Virus record (IMG/VR): IMGVR_UViG_3300037184_000121
Span: 32,001 to 96,000 of that record
DNA from: a virus
Direction: 5' to 3' (one strand)
Length of the DNA stretch: 64,000 nt
Shown: positions 1-9,663 of the stretch, one piece after another
How the letters are laid out: every line of letters starts with the position of its first letter
Position numbering within the stretch: position 1 is the first letter of the stretch
Program-made: the position numbers and the translations under genes
The notes under the pieces: generated by a model
Told to the model about the DNA's origin: nothing
Database searches by the model: none
Seen by the model: only the letters and a program-made list of their open reading frames with translations

Positions 1-23
1 ATGCCTATAGATCTTATATTTTA

Positions 24-869
24 ATGGTATTGAGAGAGCCCTATACATTCTTATCTACCAATGATCAGTATAGAGGTTTTATTCCATCTGTAGGAAATGC
101 TGCTCAAGATATTCATAATCATGCCAATCCTATTCAAGATGGCGAAATCTATATGGAAGCAACAGGCCCTTCTTCACCTACAGGACAGGGGATTCCAGGT
201 TTTGGGGCTCACCTATACCTTGGCAACAATGGGACTGCTCAAATTGAATCTGGGTCCACTGGTGAGCGTTTGGTAGTAGGTGGCACAGGTTCCGATGATG
301 ATCATGAGGTAGTATTGTCAGCAGATAATGGTTATTTTGAGAGTAATACAGGTACAAATAATATTCAAAGTACTTTCAATTTTACAACAAATTCTGTTAC
401 TGGATTAACTGAAGGTCTTCAAATAGCTACACAGTTATCTGTTCCTACAGGTCTTACTACAGTTGAAACTCCTATTTGTGAATTGACAATGGATACAATA
501 GGGAATATATCTCTTAATAATACTACTTTTGGGACTGGAATAAGTTTGGCTTCTTTAAAGATGGACCCCCTTGGAGATATTTCTTTAACTGGGACTACAA
601 TTTCTTTAAATGGTGGAGTTGGCCAAGGTGTAGCTCGATTGAATGACTTAACAATTTCAAATACATCTACGGACCCAATTTATTGGTTGTTTATACAGGC
701 AATTCAAAGCTTTTTTACGGCATTGGCAGGATTTCAAGGTGGAAGTCCTGTGTTGCATTCTGAACTTGGAGCATTAGGAGCAGCTTTCTTAGCACAATCA
801 CCAATTGTTCCTCCATCAATAACAAGCAAGATAAGTACATCATCACTTTCAGTCACGGCGGGTAATTAA
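24..869 (+). CDS. Baseplate spike / gpV-like protein
   Basis: Gly/Thr-rich beta-repeat protein with C-terminal GVARLND motif, upstream of gp25-like and J-like genes. Confidence 0.5.
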   Translation: MVLREPYTFLSTNDQYRGFIPSVGNAAQDIHNHANPIQDGEIYMEATGPSSPTGQGIPGFGAHLYLGNNGTAQIESGSTGERLVVGGTGSDDDHEVVLSADNGYFESNTGTNNIQSTFNFTTNSVTGLTEGLQIATQLSVPTGLTTVETPICELTMDTIGNISLNNTTFGTGISLASLKMDPLGDISLTGTTISLNGGVGQGVARLNDLTISNTSTDPIYWLFIQAIQSFFTALAGFQGGSPVLHSELGALGAAFLAQSPIVPPSITSKISTSSLSVTAGN

Positions 870-870
870 G

Positions 871-1362
871 ATGCCTAATCCTCCTACATCTGCTTTAACA
901 ACATTAGGTACATGCTTTTACAATTTCGTGAAGGCTATACTTTGCGGTAACGTTATTTTAAAAAGTACATTCAAAACCTTTTTGAATAGTCAGATATTGG
1001 CAGCAAATGCAGAGATTGCAATACTTGGAGCACAGGTTGTACGATTGGATATTTTGAATTCATTTGCACAATTAGAAATTAATACTCTTGCAGCAGTGCA
1101 GAATAAGATACAAGCAGATCTCAACGTGGTTCTTGGTCCTATGGTAGGAGCTTCTACTTGTCCAGTGATTAGCAATTTTATAGCTCAGGCTGAAAGTGGG
1201 GCAACTCTTAAGGCATTGGCAGGATTGCAGAATCTCATATACACGTACAATAGGAGAGCCTACGTTGCAACTGCTATTTCAAATAAAGTTAAATCGTTAC
1301 AAAATTTTGTGAATAAAGCGCAAACAGCTTTAAATTTAATTGATCAGATTTGTGGATCTTAA
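871..1362 (+). CDS. Hypothetical virion-module protein
   Basis: 163-aa ORF tightly packed in the baseplate operon. Confidence 0.5.
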   Translation: MPNPPTSALTTLGTCFYNFVKAILCGNVILKSTFKTFLNSQILAANAEIAILGAQVVRLDILNSFAQLEINTLAAVQNKIQADLNVVLGPMVGASTCPVISNFIAQAESGATLKALAGLQNLIYTYNRRAYVATAISNKVKSLQNFVNKAQTALNLIDQICGS

Positions 1363-1371
1363 GGAAAAAAT

Positions 1372-1851
1372 ATGTCAGATCTTTTGTTAACAACTATCCC
1401 AGTTTCAGGTCAGCCCCAGTATCCACCTCAACAGGGGAATCCTTCCCAATATTTTGGAGAGGGTACGAATGATTTGCAGATTGGGTCAAATAATGATTTT
1501 ACTTTGGTAAGTGGATTAGAGGAAACAGTTCAGGATGTTCAGAAGATTCTCTTAACAGAGCAGGGCACACCCATTACATTGTTCCCATTGTATGGCACTA
1601 CACTCCAATCCTTAATCGGCAACAGGATGAATCCAGCGACTATCAGTGGCACAGTGCAGCAGCAAATTACTCAAGCTCTACAGGTACTTTATCTGCTTAC
1701 ACAGAATAGAAGTAATCCAGCAGAAATTGTACAAACACTTTATTCGTTAAATGTATCGCTTCAGAGCGAAACAAATATAGCAGCATTATTAACCGTGATC
1801 GCCATGAATAATGAGGAGATCACAACTGGCATAAACGTAGGATCAATATAA
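1372..1851 (+). CDS. Baseplate wedge protein, gp25/GPW-like
   Basis: QDVQKILLTEQG...PLYGTTLQSLIG pattern; precedes the J-like gene. Confidence 0.75.
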   Translation: MSDLLLTTIPVSGQPQYPPQQGNPSQYFGEGTNDLQIGSNNDFTLVSGLEETVQDVQKILLTEQGTPITLFPLYGTTLQSLIGNRMNPATISGTVQQQITQALQVLYLLTQNRSNPAEIVQTLYSLNVSLQSETNIAALLTVIAMNNEEITTGINVGSI

Positions 1852-1852
1852 G

Positions 1853-2737
1853 ATGGCAAAAATTAAATTATCTGGAATATATAAAATTCAACATATAGAT
1901 GGAAAGATGTATGTTGGATCTGCTATTAATATTGATAAACGTTGGAAACTTCATTTGGCACAATTACATAGTAATAGACACCATTCAATCCTTCTTCAAA
2001 GAGCATGGAATAAATATGGTGAAGTTGCATTTAAATTTGAAGTATTAGAAATCGTTGACAATCCTACCAAAGAGTTATTGGAAGAAAGAGAACAATTTTG
2101 GATGGATTATTATCAATGCTATGATCCTGAAAAAGGATACAATGTAGCCATTAAGGCTGGAACAAATTTAGGTATTAAAAAGTCTAAAGAAGCACGTTTA
2201 AAATTAAGTCTTGCACGAAAAGGTTGTGTAGCATGGAATAAAGATTCTTGGAAAGATAAAGTATCTGAAGAAGAACTTGTTGCCTATTACCAAGCAGGAA
2301 ATTCTATGGGTGATTGTAAAATGAAATTTCATATTTCATTGGATTCCATTAGGTTGATTTTAAGACGAAATAATGTTATGCGTTCTCCATTAGAAGGACG
2401 AAGGCAAGAAAAATTTAGAAATAAGATAAGAATGACAGTTATTGGAAAACCTTCACCACGGAAAGGAATAAAAACAGAAAAAATAAGTTGGAATAATGGC
2501 ATTTGGAAGAGTAAAGCTTCTGAAGAAGAGATAGTTGAATTTTATAAATTAGGTAATTCAATACAAGATTGTCATGAACATTTTAACATATCTGTAGATA
2601 CTATTCGAATGGTTTTGAATAAACATAATGTTGTTCGTACACCACATGAAGGAATGATTTTAGAAAAAGCTCAGGGTAAAAGAATAAAAGCTTACAAAAA
2701 ATGGCGTAATACAAATAAAATTTTAGTTGAGGCATAA
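1853..2737 (+). CDS. GIY-YIG homing endonuclease (free-standing)
   Basis: GIYKI...MYVGS...R...LQRAWNKYG...FEVLE; NUMOD3-like segment and a duplicated C-terminal helical domain. Confidence 0.9.
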   Translation: MAKIKLSGIYKIQHIDGKMYVGSAINIDKRWKLHLAQLHSNRHHSILLQRAWNKYGEVAFKFEVLEIVDNPTKELLEEREQFWMDYYQCYDPEKGYNVAIKAGTNLGIKKSKEARLKLSLARKGCVAWNKDSWKDKVSEEELVAYYQAGNSMGDCKMKFHISLDSIRLILRRNNVMRSPLEGRRQEKFRNKIRMTVIGKPSPRKGIKTEKISWNNGIWKSKASEEEIVEFYKLGNSIQDCHEHFNISVDTIRMVLNKHNVVRTPHEGMILEKAQGKRIKAYKKWRNTNKILVEA

Positions 2738-2739
2738 TT

Positions 2740-4605
2740 ATGGCATTTCCCACATTCAGTCAAATCATTCAGCAAATGGTATCATTTTTACAGATATCGC
2801 GGCCAGATATCGCGTCTACACCTGGAACAGTAGTTTCGGACGTAATTATTTCAACTGTTGCAAATCAATTATCTGCTCAAAATGGTACTGATCCTTCTGT
2901 TTTTTCAAACTTGCAATATACACAGAATCTCCAAGCTTTTGTAGTGAATGCAGCTACAATTCTCCCTGCGGATATGGACAATATTGCACAGAATTATGGT
3001 ATGGTTAGAAATCCTGCAGTTCAGGCTACAGGATTTATCACGCTAAGGATTAGAAATTACACTACTTCTTCACCTATTATTACAGTTCCTTCTGGAATGA
3101 CAGTTACTACTCTATCTACCTCTAATACTCCCGCTGTTTCTTTTTCTACAACAGCCACAAAAACTTTTACGCCCTCTAATGCCCCCAGCTATTACAATCC
3201 TCAAAGTGGATTTTATGAACAAACGGTTGGAATCATAGCACAAACAGCGGGAAGCTTAGGAAATGTAAATTCAAATACCATCGTCTCCCTTGTTGGTCCT
3301 GGTCTTGGTATTGATAGTGTGACAAATATTGCAGCAACTAGTGGTGGAACGAATATTGAATCTAACGTTCAATTTGCTGCTCGTATTCAGATTAAGCTTG
3401 AAGGTAATAACGTAGGCACTCCTAATGGAATAATTTCCCTTATGGAGACAAATCCAAATGTTATTCAAGCTCTTATCGTTGGGCCTAATGATCCTAATCC
3501 TCCCTTGCGTAATCAATATGGGGGAAGTGTCAATGTCTATATTAGGGGGCAGATCCCAGTAACTGTATTGGCAGAACCTTTTACCTATTCTTCAACTGGA
3601 AGTCAGCAGTATGTTTTATTGAATCAGCCAGCACTATCAGTAGGTTCTGTCACTGGTATTGTTGGGGGTGTACCCTATACTTTTGTAGCTGGTACAGATT
3701 ATAAATTTGTATTAAATCCAAATCTTTTACTGGCAGGAAGTACTGAAGCAGCCAGCTATATCGTTTTTGGAAGATCCACTTATTTTAATATTGTAACAGT
3801 AGGTCTTCCTTTTACGGTTGCTACTGTAACAGATAGTGTACATTTAGTTGTTTCTTCTACTATAGGCATGACTGCTGGAGATACAATTGTACAAGGATCT
3901 AATACTACTACAATTACTATCATAACTGATGGGACCCATTTAGTCGTCGGATCTACAATTGGGTGGATAGGATCTGGAACTGCAGCTGCAGATACCTCTG
4001 TATCACAGTTAGTTGTTAATACAACAAGTGGAATGAATCCTGGAGATACAATTGTACAAGGAGCTTTTTTCACTACTGTTACTTCCGTTACTAATTCAAC
4101 TGTAGTTGTAGTGGCAAGTCTAACAGGTGCTGTAGCGGGATCAGCCTTCTTTGAGGGCTTCTTCCCTGATAATAATACAGTGGTCACAATTAATTATACA
4201 TATGATAGTTTGATTGCTACTCTCCAAGCTTTAATTAACAATAATTCTAATCATATTGTCGGCTCAGATATTCTTGTGGTGGAAGCTATTGAAGCAGTAA
4301 TTTCAGGTAATATGGGAATTTTTATTGTTCCAGGTTATGTTCCCGCCACAGTTCAAACTAATGTATCTACAGCACTTTCTACATACATAGATGCCCTTGG
4401 ATTAGGAGCAAACATTGTATTGAGTGAATTAGTTGCAATCGCGCAAGATGTACCAGGAGTAGCAGAGGTTGATCTTACGAGTCTCGTTTTGCAAAGTACA
4501 GAAGGTGTTGTGACGACTACTATACCTCCTGGGCAACAAATTTCAGTCGGTTCGGAGGCTTACCCAGTTACACCAATTGGAATCACTATAACAGTAGAAG
4601 GATAA
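2740..4605 (+). CDS. Baseplate J-like protein
   Basis: MDNIAQNYGMVRNPAVQATG, AGSLGNV...TI, SGGTNIES...RI, GSVNVYI and C-terminal DVPGVAEV motifs. Confidence 0.85.
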   Translation: MAFPTFSQIIQQMVSFLQISRPDIASTPGTVVSDVIISTVANQLSAQNGTDPSVFSNLQYTQNLQAFVVNAATILPADMDNIAQNYGMVRNPAVQATGFITLRIRNYTTSSPIITVPSGMTVTTLSTSNTPAVSFSTTATKTFTPSNAPSYYNPQSGFYEQTVGIIAQTAGSLGNVNSNTIVSLVGPGLGIDSVTNIAATSGGTNIESNVQFAARIQIKLEGNNVGTPNGIISLMETNPNVIQALIVGPNDPNPPLRNQYGGSVNVYIRGQIPVTVLAEPFTYSSTGSQQYVLLNQPALSVGSVTGIVGGVPYTFVAGTDYKFVLNPNLLLAGSTEAASYIVFGRSTYFNIVTVGLPFTVATVTDSVHLVVSSTIGMTAGDTIVQGSNTTTITIITDGTHLVVGSTIGWIGSGTAAADTSVSQLVVNTTSGMNPGDTIVQGAFFTTVTSVTNSTVVVVASLTGAVAGSAFFEGFFPDNNTVVTINYTYDSLIATLQALINNNSNHIVGSDILVVEAIEAVISGNMGIFIVPGYVPATVQTNVSTALSTYIDALGLGANIVLSELVAIAQDVPGVAEVDLTSLVLQSTEGVVTTTIPPGQQISVGSEAYPVTPIGITITVEG

Positions 4606-4610
4606 AATTT

Positions 4611-6950
4611 ATGAGCATAGCATATAAGTCAAAAGTAAATGAAAGAGTAACAGGATCTCCAATTAGTTTAGAGCCACATACTGTTGGTATTGTGGGAGTG
4701 TTTACAGTTGTTCCGAATGTAATTCGTTTAGTTGAAGTTCCTCAAGGCCCAGGTCCAGCTGTTTCCATTTATGGATATACTGAAACTCTAACACCTTCTC
4801 CCTCTGGCACTCAATTTTATGTTGACTACCCAACTGGAGTTATTACATTTAACGCCTCTCAAAATGGTCATTCAGTTTTAGTTTCCTATACGGGATTAGG
4901 GTCAGAAATTGCAGCAGAAGATATTAATGAACTTCAAATTCCAGTTGGCATTGCCTTAAATGCAGATGGATCATTGTCTGCTGGTATTGTTACTACTACT
5001 AGTCTTTCTGGTTCGCTGGTTCTTCCTTTCACTACTCTTCAGACATTAAATAATTCTATTGTTCCTGTAACAAATGGATCTGGGTATTTAATTTCTTCAG
5101 CTACTACCGCAACTGAATTAGGTTATCTATCTGGTGCCGCTTCTAATATTCAAGCACAATTAAATGCTCTTTCTTCTGGTACAATCACTTCTGTAGTTGG
5201 AACAACGCATGAAATTATTGCTTCTACTTCTTTTGGAGTTGTCACATTATCTACTCCACAAGCTATTGATACAACAAGTAGCCCAACTTTTTATTCACTT
5301 ACACTTACAAATCCATTGACAGTTGGGAATGGTGGAACTGGAGATAGTTCTCATACTGCTTACGCAGTACTTACTGGAGGTACTACTTCTACTGGAGCAC
5401 TTCAATCTGTTTCAGGGGTAGGAACCTCTGGTCAAGTTCTCACAAGTAATGGAGCTAGTACCCTCCCAACTTGGCAAACTTTGATTACTCCTTCTGGGAT
5501 TACAGCTTTGACAGGTGATGTTACTACTAGTGTTAGTCCTTCGAATCCTTATCTTAATACAGCATCTACTTATGCTGTTCTAGGTGAAACAGCAGTTACT
5601 AATACGGGAAGCACTGTTCTTATTGGAGATTTAGGTATTTCTCCTAATAATGCAACATCAATTACTGGCTTCCCTCCAGGGACTTATTCAGGTACAGAAA
5701 ATGCAGGTAACTCAGCTGCAGCGACTGCCCTTGCTGATGCAACATCAGCTGCTGCCACTTTAACAGCAATGGGTCCTGGTACAGACCTATCTTCTACTGA
5801 TCTAGGTGGTCATACTTGTGTTCCAGGCGTTTATCACACATCTTCAACAGCAACATGGTCTGCAGGTAACTTAACCTTAAATGGTGCAGGTACATATATA
5901 TTCCTAATTGGTTCAAGCTTAACAATGCCAGCCAATGCAACCGTAGTATTGGAAGGTGGAGCAATCGCTGATAACGTTTACTTCGTAACGGTGTCAACCT
6001 TTACCTTTGGTGCAAATTGTACTGTTAATGGAACTATTTTAGCTGGTACTTCTATTACTTTTGCTTCTAATAGTGTGTTGAATGGTCGTGCTCTTTGTTA
6101 TGGTCCTTCTGGAACAACTGTTGCATTCCCAAGTGCAGCTACTGTAACTGTTCCTCCAGGTTCTGGTGGAGTAGAAGTTGCCACATTAGCTACAGTAAAT
6201 AGTGATGTTGGATCATTTACTTGGACTAATTTTACTGTAAATGCAAAAGGTTTAATTACTGCTGCTTCTACTAATCCAACTCCTGTTACTTCTATCTATG
6301 CTGATAGTAATCCTCTTTTGACAGGTTCAGTTCAACTAGTTTCTGGCACAAATGTCACTCTTTCCCAGGTGGGTCAGGTGATCACCATTAATGCTACTTC
6401 TGGTGGGTCAGGCACAGTTAATAGTGGGACGGTACATCAACTTGCTTATTACTCAGCTACTGGAACGGCTGTTAGTGGCAGTTCCATATTATCTCAAGAT
6501 GTTAATGGTCTAATAATTACAAGTCCAGCACCTTATGTTCGAAGTGCTGCAGGTCTTGACATACTTGCTGCTGCAAATTTATATCTTACTGCTGGTGGAA
6601 CTATCTTTTTATATGGGAACGTAATAGATGCTGCAACTCATAAAATTATTAATCTAGGTAATGGATCAGCTGCCCAGGATGCTGCTGCATTTGGTCAAAT
6701 TACTGCAGCTAATGCAGGTGCTTTGGCCTTATCTGGTGGTACATTGATTGGATCTTTAGGAATTGGGGAATCTCCAGTAGCATCTGCTGTTTTAGATGTT
6801 GCTTCTACAACTCAAGGTTTCTTACCACCAAGAATGACTACAACCCAAATGAATGCAATTAGTAGTCCTGCTGAGGGTTTAGAGATTTATGCAACTGATA
6901 CACATCAATGGATGGGATATAATGGTTCTGCTTGGGTCATATTAGGCTAA
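4611..6950 (+). CDS. Tail fibre-like protein with ice-binding-like (DUF3494) domain
   Basis: Fibre motifs (TVNAKGLITAAS, KIINLGNG..AQDAA, GFLPPRMTT); internal domain ~5548-6150: YAVLG.TAVTNTG.TVLIGDLGISP..ITGFPPG...PGVY...ADNVYF...GTILAGTSITF...LNGRAL. Confidence 0.8.
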   Translation: MSIAYKSKVNERVTGSPISLEPHTVGIVGVFTVVPNVIRLVEVPQGPGPAVSIYGYTETLTPSPSGTQFYVDYPTGVITFNASQNGHSVLVSYTGLGSEIAAEDINELQIPVGIALNADGSLSAGIVTTTSLSGSLVLPFTTLQTLNNSIVPVTNGSGYLISSATTATELGYLSGAASNIQAQLNALSSGTITSVVGTTHEIIASTSFGVVTLSTPQAIDTTSSPTFYSLTLTNPLTVGNGGTGDSSHTAYAVLTGGTTSTGALQSVSGVGTSGQVLTSNGASTLPTWQTLITPSGITALTGDVTTSVSPSNPYLNTASTYAVLGETAVTNTGSTVLIGDLGISPNNATSITGFPPGTYSGTENAGNSAAATALADATSAAATLTAMGPGTDLSSTDLGGHTCVPGVYHTSSTATWSAGNLTLNGAGTYIFLIGSSLTMPANATVVLEGGAIADNVYFVTVSTFTFGANCTVNGTILAGTSITFASNSVLNGRALCYGPSGTTVAFPSAATVTVPPGSGGVEVATLATVNSDVGSFTWTNFTVNAKGLITAASTNPTPVTSIYADSNPLLTGSVQLVSGTNVTLSQVGQVITINATSGGSGTVNSGTVHQLAYYSATGTAVSGSSILSQDVNGLIITSPAPYVRSAAGLDILAAANLYLTAGGTIFLYGNVIDAATHKIINLGNGSAAQDAAAFGQITAANAGALALSGGTLIGSLGIGESPVASAVLDVASTTQGFLPPRMTTTQMNAISSPAEGLEIYATDTHQWMGYNGSAWVILG

Positions 6951-6965
6951 TAAAGGTAAATAACA

Positions 6966-9170
6966 ATGGCATTTTACGGCGCGGGAATTTTCTATGGATC
7001 GGGAAGTTTTTACATCGGGGCAACCACAACGGCTGCTCAGGGTATTCCTATTGATTTACGTTTTTATAGAACGTCACAGGATGGTGTTTATGTTTTTTGG
7101 TGGGGTTTTGATCCCACATTCATTACTCCTGCTTTAGCTTCCGCTGGATTTGATTTACAATTGGATACTGTTCCAACATTTAATTCTCCAAATTTAGTTA
7201 CGTATACTCAACTCACAGCTATTACTTTTCAAAATGGTAATGTTAGAAAAGGATTTGCTGTTCCAGTCGCTGCCCGTATTAATGATACAGTTCAAACTTG
7301 GTATGCACGAGTTAGGACTCATACTCCTTCTTTTATTTCAGATTGGTCAGCTACCTTAACTTGGATTATTCCTCAGAGTGTTCAGCAATCTTCTGCAGAA
7401 GCTTTGATGGAATCTTTGCCTGATTATCATGTATATGGTAAAGGAGATCTTTTAAAACCTGTTTCGCAGCGTAATACTAACTTATGGCAAGTTGAGAATA
7501 TGTATGGAAATCAATTAGACCAAGTATTTTATGCCAATTTTCTTACTCAGACAGATAATTATGTTGATATGTGTGTAGATGAAAATTTAGCTGAAAATTT
7601 TGGTGTGATGTTCAATTTCCCTAAACCAAATAGTATGCAGTACGTAGATTATCGTTGGATTTTGATGAATTTATATTTGGCTTCTTTAGTTGGTGGGACG
7701 AATGAAGCTGTTATTTTAACAGTTCAATCGTTTACGGGTGTTCCACCTGTTATTACTAATATACGAGACTTGAATAATTTCGTTTTAACTACAACTCAAG
7801 ATGCTCCAGAAACTCAGACACTTAATACAACTTCAATTATAAATATTATAGATGCTACTCATCTAGAAGTCGGAAGTACAATTGGTTGGGTTACTGGTTC
7901 TGCTTTAGATACAACAGTTTCCATTCCTTTTACTGTCACAGATGTGGAAGATAGCACCCATTTTATTGTTTCCTCAACAGTAGGTATGACAAATGGTGAT
8001 ACAATTAAGGAATCTGTATTTTATACTTCTTCTCCTTTTATTGATAGTACTTTAGTTGTCGAGAATATAACTCCAACTGCTTCACCTTCTCTTCTTGGTA
8101 CAGCATCTACCTTTGCTGTTTTGGGAGATACTGCAGTCACTAATATAGGCAGTACTATTTTAACAGGAGATTTAGGTAATGTGGCTGTATCTTCCATTAC
8201 AGGATTTCCTCCAGGTACATTTACAGGCATATTGCATAGTGGAGATTCTGCAGCAATACAAGCACATACAGATGCAACCTCAGCAGCAATTGCCTTGAAA
8301 GCACTTGTTCCTTTTACAAATATTTCATCAACGGATTTGGGGGGTGCTACACTTACTCCAGGTAATTATCATGCTTCCTCAACAGGAACATGGTCTGCTG
8401 GGCCTCTTACACTCAATGGTGCAGGACAATATGTATTTGTATTTGGAACTGCTCTTACTATGCCAGCTAATGCTACTGTAGTTTTAACAGGAGGTGCAAC
8501 AGCTGACAATGTTTACTTTGTAACTGGTACAACATTTACATTTGGAGCAGACTGTATTGTTAATGGCACTATCTTAGCTGGAACATCCATTACTTTTGCT
8601 TCTAACAGTGTTTTGAATGGTAGAGCATTAACGTATGGACCCTCTGGAACAACTGTGACATTCCCAAGTGCAGGTACAATAGTTGTTCCATCAGGTGGTA
8701 TTACTCCAGGTCTTATCGTTCCTCCCAGCACGTATACAACAAATGGGGCATTGGGATATTGGACTATGCTTGTCCCAACAACAAATACATTACAAGCTAT
8801 ATTTGATGTAGGCAATCCTATTAAAATATTCAATGCCTTACAAGGGGCTACTGCATTAACAGGTAATGTAACGTTTACAAATGGAAGTGCTACAGTTACA
8901 GGTGGTGGAACTTCCTTTTTATCTCAGTTATCTATTGGAGATCAGATTACAGATCCTACTGGGATTTATTTAGGTACTATAAAATTAATTACAGATAATA
9001 CACATGCCATACTGCTTGAACCTTGGGCTGGTCCAACGGAAGTCATTACAGCTTATAAATTGCAATATACGGAAGCTCAGTTGCCTGTTCCTGTTCTTTG
9101 GGATTCGGCTACATTAGCTTCTGGAGTACTTATTACAATTCTAAATCCTGGAGACTTTCCACTTTACTAA
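6966..9170 (+). CDS. Baseplate wedge/tail protein I-like with ice-binding-like (DUF3494) domain
   Basis: N-terminal LAENFG..F...YRWIL...GGT..AV...V..FTG pattern; second DUF3494-like domain ~8085-8690. Confidence 0.7.
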   Translation: MAFYGAGIFYGSGSFYIGATTTAAQGIPIDLRFYRTSQDGVYVFWWGFDPTFITPALASAGFDLQLDTVPTFNSPNLVTYTQLTAITFQNGNVRKGFAVPVAARINDTVQTWYARVRTHTPSFISDWSATLTWIIPQSVQQSSAEALMESLPDYHVYGKGDLLKPVSQRNTNLWQVENMYGNQLDQVFYANFLTQTDNYVDMCVDENLAENFGVMFNFPKPNSMQYVDYRWILMNLYLASLVGGTNEAVILTVQSFTGVPPVITNIRDLNNFVLTTTQDAPETQTLNTTSIINIIDATHLEVGSTIGWVTGSALDTTVSIPFTVTDVEDSTHFIVSSTVGMTNGDTIKESVFYTSSPFIDSTLVVENITPTASPSLLGTASTFAVLGDTAVTNIGSTILTGDLGNVAVSSITGFPPGTFTGILHSGDSAAIQAHTDATSAAIALKALVPFTNISSTDLGGATLTPGNYHASSTGTWSAGPLTLNGAGQYVFVFGTALTMPANATVVLTGGATADNVYFVTGTTFTFGADCIVNGTILAGTSITFASNSVLNGRALTYGPSGTTVTFPSAGTIVVPSGGITPGLIVPPSTYTTNGALGYWTMLVPTTNTLQAIFDVGNPIKIFNALQGATALTGNVTFTNGSATVTGGGTSFLSQLSIGDQITDPTGIYLGTIKLITDNTHAILLEPWAGPTEVITAYKLQYTEAQLPVPVLWDSATLASGVLITILNPGDFPLY

Positions 9171-9186
9171 AAATTAGGAGATTACG

Positions 9187-9654
9187 ATGACAGATACAAA
9201 TGATAGTTTCAAATTATGTGGTAGTGTAAGAAAGCAATTGTTTAATTCAGATGGAAATCTTATTTATGATCATACTGATTCAAATGTTGTAGTTACAGTT
9301 GGAATACAATATCTTACATCTTGGCTTACTGCTGCTACTCATGCAACCTCATTTATGCCTTATATGGGACTTGGGACTGGATCTACTACACCTGTTGTCG
9401 GGCTTACAGATCTTCAAACGCCACTTCCAACTCGTGTTCTTGGGACTTTAACAAGTTCTGCAAGTATATGGCAGAATGTCTCTACATTTGGACCTGGTAT
9501 TAATACAGGTACAATTACTGAAGCTGGATTATTTTCAGTAAATTGGACTTATCCCACTCCAGCAGGAACTATGTTTGCCTATCAAACTTTTGGTGCCGTA
9601 TCTAAAGGTGCTGGTGATACATTTATTTTAACTTGGACTGTGACTTTTAACTAA
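9187..9654 (+). CDS. Baseplate/tail-fibre attachment protein
   Basis: NVVVTVG...YMGLGTG...ITEAGLF...FILTWTVTF pattern typical of fibre-proximal proteins. Confidence 0.6.
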   Translation: MTDTNDSFKLCGSVRKQLFNSDGNLIYDHTDSNVVVTVGIQYLTSWLTAATHATSFMPYMGLGTGSTTPVVGLTDLQTPLPTRVLGTLTSSASIWQNVSTFGPGINTGTITEAGLFSVNWTYPTPAGTMFAYQTFGAVSKGAGDTFILTWTVTFN

Positions 9655-9663
9655 GGATAAAAT

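Noticed and set aside
5548-8690. Duplicated domain as a diversity-generating retroelement TR/VR pair
   Set aside because: Differences are mostly synonymous and not adenine-specific, both copies are coding, and no reverse transcriptase is in the window.
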